Part shown: positions 56,901-64,000 of the stretch, in pieces | How positions within the stretch are numbered: position 1 is the first letter of the stretch | Layout: each line of letters opens with the position of its first letter | Made by a program: the position numbers and the translations under genes | Origin: the human T2T-CHM13v2.0 reference genome, Homo sapiens | Assembly (NCBI RefSeq): GCF_009914755.1 | Contig: NC_060926.1 | DNA length: 64,000 bases | Reading direction: 5' to 3' (one strand) | Notes under the pieces: generated by a model | The model's database searches: none | The model's input: only the letters and a program-made list of their open reading frames with translations | What the model was told of the DNA's origin: nothing

Positions 56901-57742
56901 ACATATTATATCATATTATATCATCACAGAGATATTTTGACTGAAAGAAAAGCCACTAAACAATAAAATGCAGAAGTTTGTTTACTGAAACATGGATACC
57001 TTGAAGAACAATAACTATAGTGTCAAAATAACCCACTTGGATTGGCTGACATCTATATCTGGTAAGTAGACCTACAGATAAAATACTGGACTGTATGAGC
57101 CCACTGTGTACTTGGATGACCAAGAACTATAACAATTTCTGGAGAGAAGTATATTAGAGTAGGAAGTCCTGGAAGAACTGACACAGAAGAAATAGGCTCA
57201 GCCACCAAGACCCTGTCATTGGCCCCTTAAGACTATTACAGTTCAGTGGGACAGTGAGCTACCCAGTGTCACAGTCATCTACACTCTACCTACTGAGATG
57301 CCGCAACCCAGAATCTGTTCCTGCTGAAGTTCTTTTCAGAAGTCAAAAATTCTGCCCCTTAAATTACCCTCTATAACCTGGGTCTGTTAATTGCCTCATG
57401 CCCTCTAAAGAACCAGTCTAAAACCCGCCATATTTATTTGGATACATCCTTCCGTTCTGCCCATCTTTTAGTTTTAGTTGCTGAGCTGGAAAGCATTAAG
57501 AAAACAAGAATCTGCTCTGTAGAAAAATATCATTATATTCTGATTGGAGAAGAACATAAATTGAGTAGAACATGTGGAAAACATACAAAGACAGAAAGAA
57601 AAAGCAACTGTAATTGGATCCTAGTTTCTCATCATCACTAAAATTTTACATATCCTGACCTTCTGATTTTAGACATTCTGGTGTTTGGGTAGTAGTACTG
57701 AATTGTGATATCATTTTCAATTGAATTTATTTAAAATAGCAT

Positions 57743-58050
<308 letters not shown>

Positions 58051-58289
58051 AAATAGCTTATTTAATTACTTGATTTGATTTATTTCTCTGGTAATTACTG
58101 ATGTTGGCATCTTCATGTATTTATTGGTCAGATCATCATTTATGAAGTACCTGTTCAGGTCTCTTGCCCACTTTTCTATTTGGCTATCAGTCTTTTTCTC
58201 ATAGATTTGTAGGAGTTCTTTATATAATCTGGATACAAATTTTTTAACAACTGCTATGTTACAACTATCTTCTTTCACCTTGTAGCTTG

Positions 58290-58573
58290 CCTGGTGGCAG
58301 GTAGTTGAATCATGAGGGTGGGTTTTCCCCATGCTGTTCTTGTGATAGTGAATATGTCTCATGAGATCTGGTGATTTTATAAAGGGCAGTTCCCCTGCAC
58401 ATGCTCTCTTGCCTGCTGCCATGTATGATGTGCCTTTGCTCCCCTTTACCTTCTGCCATGATTGTGAGGCCTCCCCAGCAATGTGGAACTGTGAGTCCAT
58501 TAAATCTTTTTTTCTTTATAAATTTCCCAGTCTCAGTTAATTCTTCTTAGCAGTATGAAAATGGATGAATGCA
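58290..58573 (+). mobile_element. Partial MST/THE1 LTR (antisense L1 fragment adjacent at ~58070-58280)
   Basis: 'ttgaatcatg..ttcccccatgctgttct..ccatgattgtgaggcctccccagc'. Confidence 0.8.
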
Positions 58574-59259
58574 ATCCCATTCGACAAGTGGTTCCCACAT
58601 CCTTCCCCCATTCCCACCCACAGTGACACATCTCATCCCAAGAGATGAGTATGGCTAACACAGGGGTAGAGGCTTTGGTGTATCTTTTTCCATACAGTTG
58701 TTGATGGACAAAACATTTTTTACAAAGACAGGATCACACCAAACACATCATTTTGTAATATGCTGTTTCGCTCACTATATGATCAGTTATTCAGTGTCCT
58801 AACATATGTACAAAACATTATTTATTAATTTGAGAAATCCTTAAAGTGTGTTGGGACTATCATAGGTCTACTTTTCTATGTTTTTGAAGGGTTCAATTAT
58901 CACATATGATAGACCCAGAAACTTGCACAGGAAGCCCCCATTTAAAAATTGACTGCGCTCAAAGTATACTTTCAGTCTTTTGAAACTTGAAAGATATTTT
59001 CCCAAAAAACAATGCTGAAATGAGTACTAGGTTCTCAAGATTAGAGTAATATCTACAATGAACTCACAAGGTAGCTGAAACACCAGGCACTCCAAATGAA
59101 TCATAAGTAAAAAGATAACGCTACTGCAAAACTAGCTATTAAATGAAACAGATTATTGTATTTACTTGAATGTCTGTGCCTTAAAACAAACTGCCAATTT
59201 AGCTGGAGAAAATGGTAAATGAAGTTGAAAACTACCATGGAATTTTGAAAGAAACTTTT

Positions 59260-59695
59260 ATTTTTTTGTTTTGTTTTGTTTTGTTTTTATTATTATTACA
59301 CTTTAAGTTTTAGGGTACATGTGCACAATGTGCAGATTTGTTACATATGTATACATGTGCCATGTTGGTGTGCTGCACCCATTAACTCGTCATTTAACAT
59401 TAGGTATATCTCCTAGTGCTATCCCTCCGCCCCCGCTACCCCACAACAGTCCCTGGAGTGTGATGTTCCTCTTCCTGTGTCCATGTGTTCTCATTGTTCA
59501 ATTCCCACCTATGAGTGAGAACATGCGGTGTTTGGTTTTTTGTCCTTGCGATAGTTGGCTAAGAATGATGGTTTCCAGCTTCATCTACGTCCCTACAAAG
59601 GACATGAACTCATCATTTTTTATGGCTGCATAGTATTCCACGGTGTATATGTGCCACATTTTCTTAATCCAGTCTATCGTTGTTGGACATTTGGG
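59260..59695 (-). mobile_element. L1PA 3' end
   Basis: T-rich tail, then 'ctttaagttttagggtacatgtgcacaa..tttatggctgcatagtattcca'. Confidence 0.92.
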
Positions 59696-59729
59696 GTCTA
59701 TTTTTCAAAGCTCCAAAAACTGATATTAG

Positions 59730-60104
59730 TGTGTTATGGGTTGAATTGAGTCCCCCTCAAAAATGTTGAAGTCTTAACTCCCAGTGCTCGTGAACGTGAC
59801 TTTATTTGGAAATATGATATTTGCAGAGGAGATCATTAGGGTGAGCCTTAATCCAATATGACTGATATCCTTATAAAAGGGGGAAATTTGGACACAGACA
59901 CACACAATGAAGACAGAGATTGGGGTGGTGCCTGCAAACCACCAGAAGCTGGGAAAGAAGCATGAAACAGATTCTCCCTCACAGCTCGAGAAGAAGCCCA
60001 TACTGCACCTTGATCTTGGACTTTTACTTATCAGAGCTGTGAAACAAGAAGTTTCTGTAGCTTAAGCCACCCAATTTGTACAGAAACCCTGGGAAACTAA
60101 TGCA
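59730..60104 (+). mobile_element. MLT1B/C-type LTR
   Basis: 'tgttatgggttgaattgagtcccc..aaaccaccagaagctggg..acagattctccctcacagc..ggaaactaatgca'. Confidence 0.8.
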
Positions 60105-61319
60105 ATGTGATTCTTCATTATTTCTAACTTTGTGTCAATCATGTCTCAGGATTTCTCTCTTCCTTAATACAAATGTGCCACATCCCCATGCCAACAGCCA
60201 TCAGCCATGGCTGGAGTGGAGCCAGGGTCAGCAAATGGAAGGATGAGTAGGAGAATATGAAAGAAAGGAGATAGTAGAAAGTGAGAGAGAAAAAGACTTG
60301 TTCCATCTTTCCCTGGGTGACTGGACAAGAATTAGACAAGAAAAGAGAAAGGGAGAATTAAAGCCAATGAGCATTGCAAAGTAAGAAAAATGGCTTGAGA
60401 GACATGTAATTATGTGAATTGCGGATGGTCAAAAACAGAAGGAAAAAAATTTAAACGACAAGGGAGCACAAGCCAGGAGAATGCTGAGCCAGTTTCCTGG
60501 ATAATAAGCGAGATCCATGAAGTTACAAAGGAGTCAGAGTTTGCCCACCTAGTACCTCACCACCTGCAGGAAAGAGCTCATCTGCTCTCTTGTGGACTTG
60601 GTCAAAGGATCTGTGTGACTGAGGCAAGTGTTACAACGCTTGCCCGAAGCAGTTGCAGCTGTAGGACATAGCACCCAGAAGGAATGGCTATGTCCCGGGG
60701 GGAGACCTTTGCTCCCGCTGCTCCTCAAAGCCAGCCTGCTGGAACACAGGCACCTTCCACTTTGTGCCAGTGGCACAAAGCAGCTTGGCTACTTTTCCCA
60801 ATTGAAAACCATGATCAGATCCCTCACAAAACTCTTCCAGGAGGCAATAGTGACTTTGGTCTTTCTAGCGGGACAGAGGCTGCCGTGTAGACATTCCCCT
60901 AACTCCAAAGAAGGCACACTTTACCTGGTTCTCAGAAACAGCTCAGAAAGTTCCAGAGGTACATGAATCACAAATCAGGGAAAAATCCATGTGGATGGAT
61001 TATGTATAAACCAGGGCAGGGACTAGGGTGAGGTAAGGGCATAGCATTGAAGGAGGCATTCATTCTCTTGCACGGCCCTGGAGCGAGTGTCTCCTTACAT
61101 TTTGCACCTTAGTTCCCTCATTCAAGTCCCAGTCCTGGTGAAAACTAAAGTTTTTGTTTCATTCATTTGTTTATTCATTCAGTAAGTATATTAATCCAGT
61201 TGAATGGGTACATGGTACAGGTGGTCTTAGAGATAGGCCCCAATCGACACACTGGGAGGGTAGTTAATTTCCTCATTCAAGTAAAAACAGAAAATTGCTG
61301 TAAGAGAAGGCCAAATTAA

Positions 61320-61600
61320 TCCTATGGACCACACATTGTATGATTCAATTTATATAAAATGTCCACAATAGACAAGTCTATAGAGACACAAAGTAGATTT
61401 TGGTTTCTTAAAGCTGGAGATGGTGGTAGGAGGAATTAGGCATGACTATTAATAAATATGGGGTTTCATTTTGGGGTGATGAAAATATTCCAAAATTGAG
61501 TGTGATGATGGTTGCACAACTAAAAACATTGAACTGTACACTTGGGTGAAGTGCACAGTATGTGAATTTGATCTCAATAAAACTTATTTTTAAAAAAGCA
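61320..61600 (+). mobile_element. L1M 3'UTR fragment
   Basis: 'ttgtatgattcaatttatataaaatgtcca..gggtttcattttggggtgatgaaaat..gatggttgcacaac'. Confidence 0.75.
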
Positions 61601-61709
61601 TATGGTAGTTCACAGAGAGATTGCTTCCAGCTATAACCTAAGGAAAGGCTTCAAGGAAAAGATGGGTTCAAAGCTGAAGAATCTGACTCTATGGAAACAG
61701 AGTAAGAAC

Positions 61710-62072
61710 ATTTTTTTAGAGATGGGATCTCACTATGTTGCCCAGGCTGGACTCAAGTAACTGGGATTACAGGTGCACAGCAGTGTGCCAGGCTAAGAGT
61801 AAGAGCATTTTTGGCAGGGAGAAACAGGAGTAAACCAGGGAGGCAGGAAATTATAGGATGCATACAGGGGACAGTAAGTCATTCAGTTCACCTGGTGTGT
61901 GGGGCCCATGGTGGGGATGGTGTTATATTAAAGAAGGCCTTGAGCCAGGCATTCAGGAGGCTTGAAGTAGGAGGATCACTTGAGCTCAGGAGGTCAAGGC
62001 TGCAGTGAGCTATGATCATGCCTCTTCACTCCAGCCTGGGCAAAAGAGTGAGACCCTGTCTTATAAAAAATA
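61710..62072. mobile_element. Two Alu monomer fragments (antisense ~61710-61795; sense ~61950-62072)
   Basis: 'agagatgggatctcactatgttgcccaggctgg' and 'ggaggatcacttgagctcaggaggtcaaggctgcagtgagctatgat'. Confidence 0.75.
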
Positions 62073-62468
62073 AGAATTAATGAATTTAGAAGGTCTTGAA
62101 TTCCAAGTGGAAGCACCCAGAATTTGAGCCATAAACAACCAAAGGATAGCCTGATCTGAGCTGAGCTTAATTTATATGCTGAAAGTATGAGAGACTAGTA
62201 GGGAAGAGACCAGAAATAAGGAGACTGCTAGAAGATTGTGCAACATCCCAGTTCATCCTCCACAAATGTGGAGGAAGCAGATACTAGCAGTGGTTACTAA
62301 CTGTAAATTCTGGGATTGTAGAGACTGTGACCCATGCAGACAGCAAAGGCAGGGAGATGCAGCATGCAGCGCAGCATGGCACCGATACTGGCAGACACTT
62401 TAGTAGACTTAGGGACTTTAACTGCAGAGAAAATGTGAGGTTGCACTAAGAACTGTGAATCAGCCCTA

Positions 62469-62867
<399 letters not shown>

Positions 62868-63559
62868 TCAATTTATTGGGAAAAAAAGAGCCCTTTGGAA
62901 ACAAGGAGGAAGAAGAAGTGTCGGCAAAGAAGCATTAGGAGGTTCAGGGTCAAAGAAGACAAGGAAAGCTTTGGCAAGAAGGGCAGATGGGGTGCAGAAT
63001 TATGCTTCAATTCCAGAAAGGAAAGCACTGGGGTAGATACAAGGTTGGGGCTGGCAGAAGAGTAGCAGTTCAGAGATCATTAACACTTGATCCATTTAAT
63101 TTCCCAGGTAACCAAAGACACCATGGAATATAATCTGCCTCCACTAAAGTGTACCTTTTGTACAATAAGGCAAAGAAAAAATAAGTACACACCTAAGCTC
63201 TAGACTTTTGTTCTATCCTCTCTGCATTTTCGGTGTGGATGAATACAACTTGGGAAGAAAGGAAAGAAGAACCAGCAGTTTTAAGCACTTACTATTTGCT
63301 CTGCAAAGTGTATTCATCAACATTGTTGCTTTCAATCTTAAAGCATGGATTGGAGACAGGCAGTATTACCCACACTTCATAGATGCAGAAATTAAATCTC
63401 AGGCTAAGGAGGAAGGAAAAGGGAGTTCACCAAATAAGCAGGAGCCTACCTGAAGCCTGATGCATCTGGTCCTAGAGCCAACCTTCCATTTCCCCCCAGC
63501 CCCCACCTGTTTAAGCTTCGAGGCCAGTGGGAGGAGGGAGGGGCCAGGCAGCTGAGGGC

Positions 63560-63945
63560 CAGGAAAGATGTGAAAAACTCTAGCTGGTGACCGAGAGGAG
63601 GAGTAGAGTGTGCCCTTAGTTCATATGAACTAGAGGGAGTTGGTATTTGCACAGCAGTCAGGGTCACATGAGTGATCATGGTACAGTGAGAAGTTCTCCC
63701 TCCCAGGGCCAGGTCACAGGGTTTGTTTCTGTTCAATCCGGATTCTTCCAGTAAAAGCTTCAACTTCCCACACTGAAGCTGAGAGCCTCCCAAAGTGCTG
63801 GCTACCTGCTGAGCGCCCCCGTAACTCTGACACAGTAGTAATTTGAGCCTCTGCAATTGCCGTCTGCTTCCTGTGAAAGTCCTTTCCGTGCCCACTGACC
63901 CTTGAGTGGGCCTTTGAGCTGCTGACTTTCAGCTGGAACTTGAAG
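63560..63945 (+). other. SULT1C2: Probable non-coding exon 1 of SULT1C2 (TSS uncertain, ~63560-63820)
   Basis: Unique sequence ending in a strong donor GAAG|GTAAGA at 63945/63946; matches my recollection of the SULT1C2 5'UTR and the order SULT1C3-WASF1P1-SULT1C2; no coding exon in this window to confirm. Confidence 0.7.
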
Positions 63946-64000
63946 GTAAGAATATGGCTTAAAAGAAATTCTGTACCTAACTCGTTAATTTATTTTTTAA

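Overview
Repeat-rich primate, almost certainly human, genomic DNA that I recognise as part of the SULT1C sulfotransferase cluster (chr2q12, from memory). It holds the whole SULT1C3 gene on the + strand: a non-coding exon 1 (~14890-14995), coding exons 2-6, and two tandem terminal cassettes, exons 7a/8a and 7b/8b. It also holds a 5'-truncated processed WASF1 (WAVE1) pseudogene (~51.7-53.5 kb) and probably the non-coding first exon of SULT1C2 at the right edge. The rest is Alu, L1, L2, MIR, MaLR/ERV and DNA-transposon remnants plus microsatellites. The strongest observation is that exon 7a is 159 nt against 181 nt for its paralogue 7b. The 22-nt gap frameshifts into TAA at 33950-33952, predicting loss of every 7a-containing isoform in this haplotype, while the 7b/8b isoform (304 aa) is intact. 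Other unexplained structure includes an antisense poly(A)-tailed retro-insertion directly behind the exon 8a poly(A) signal, a ~130 bp inverted repeat at 45.8/47.4 kb, and an open stand-alone WCA/VCA ORF in the WASF1 pseudogene. Repeat subfamily names were assigned by eye and from memory, with approximate ends, and need RepeatMasker confirmation. I found no evidence of a wholly new biological system.
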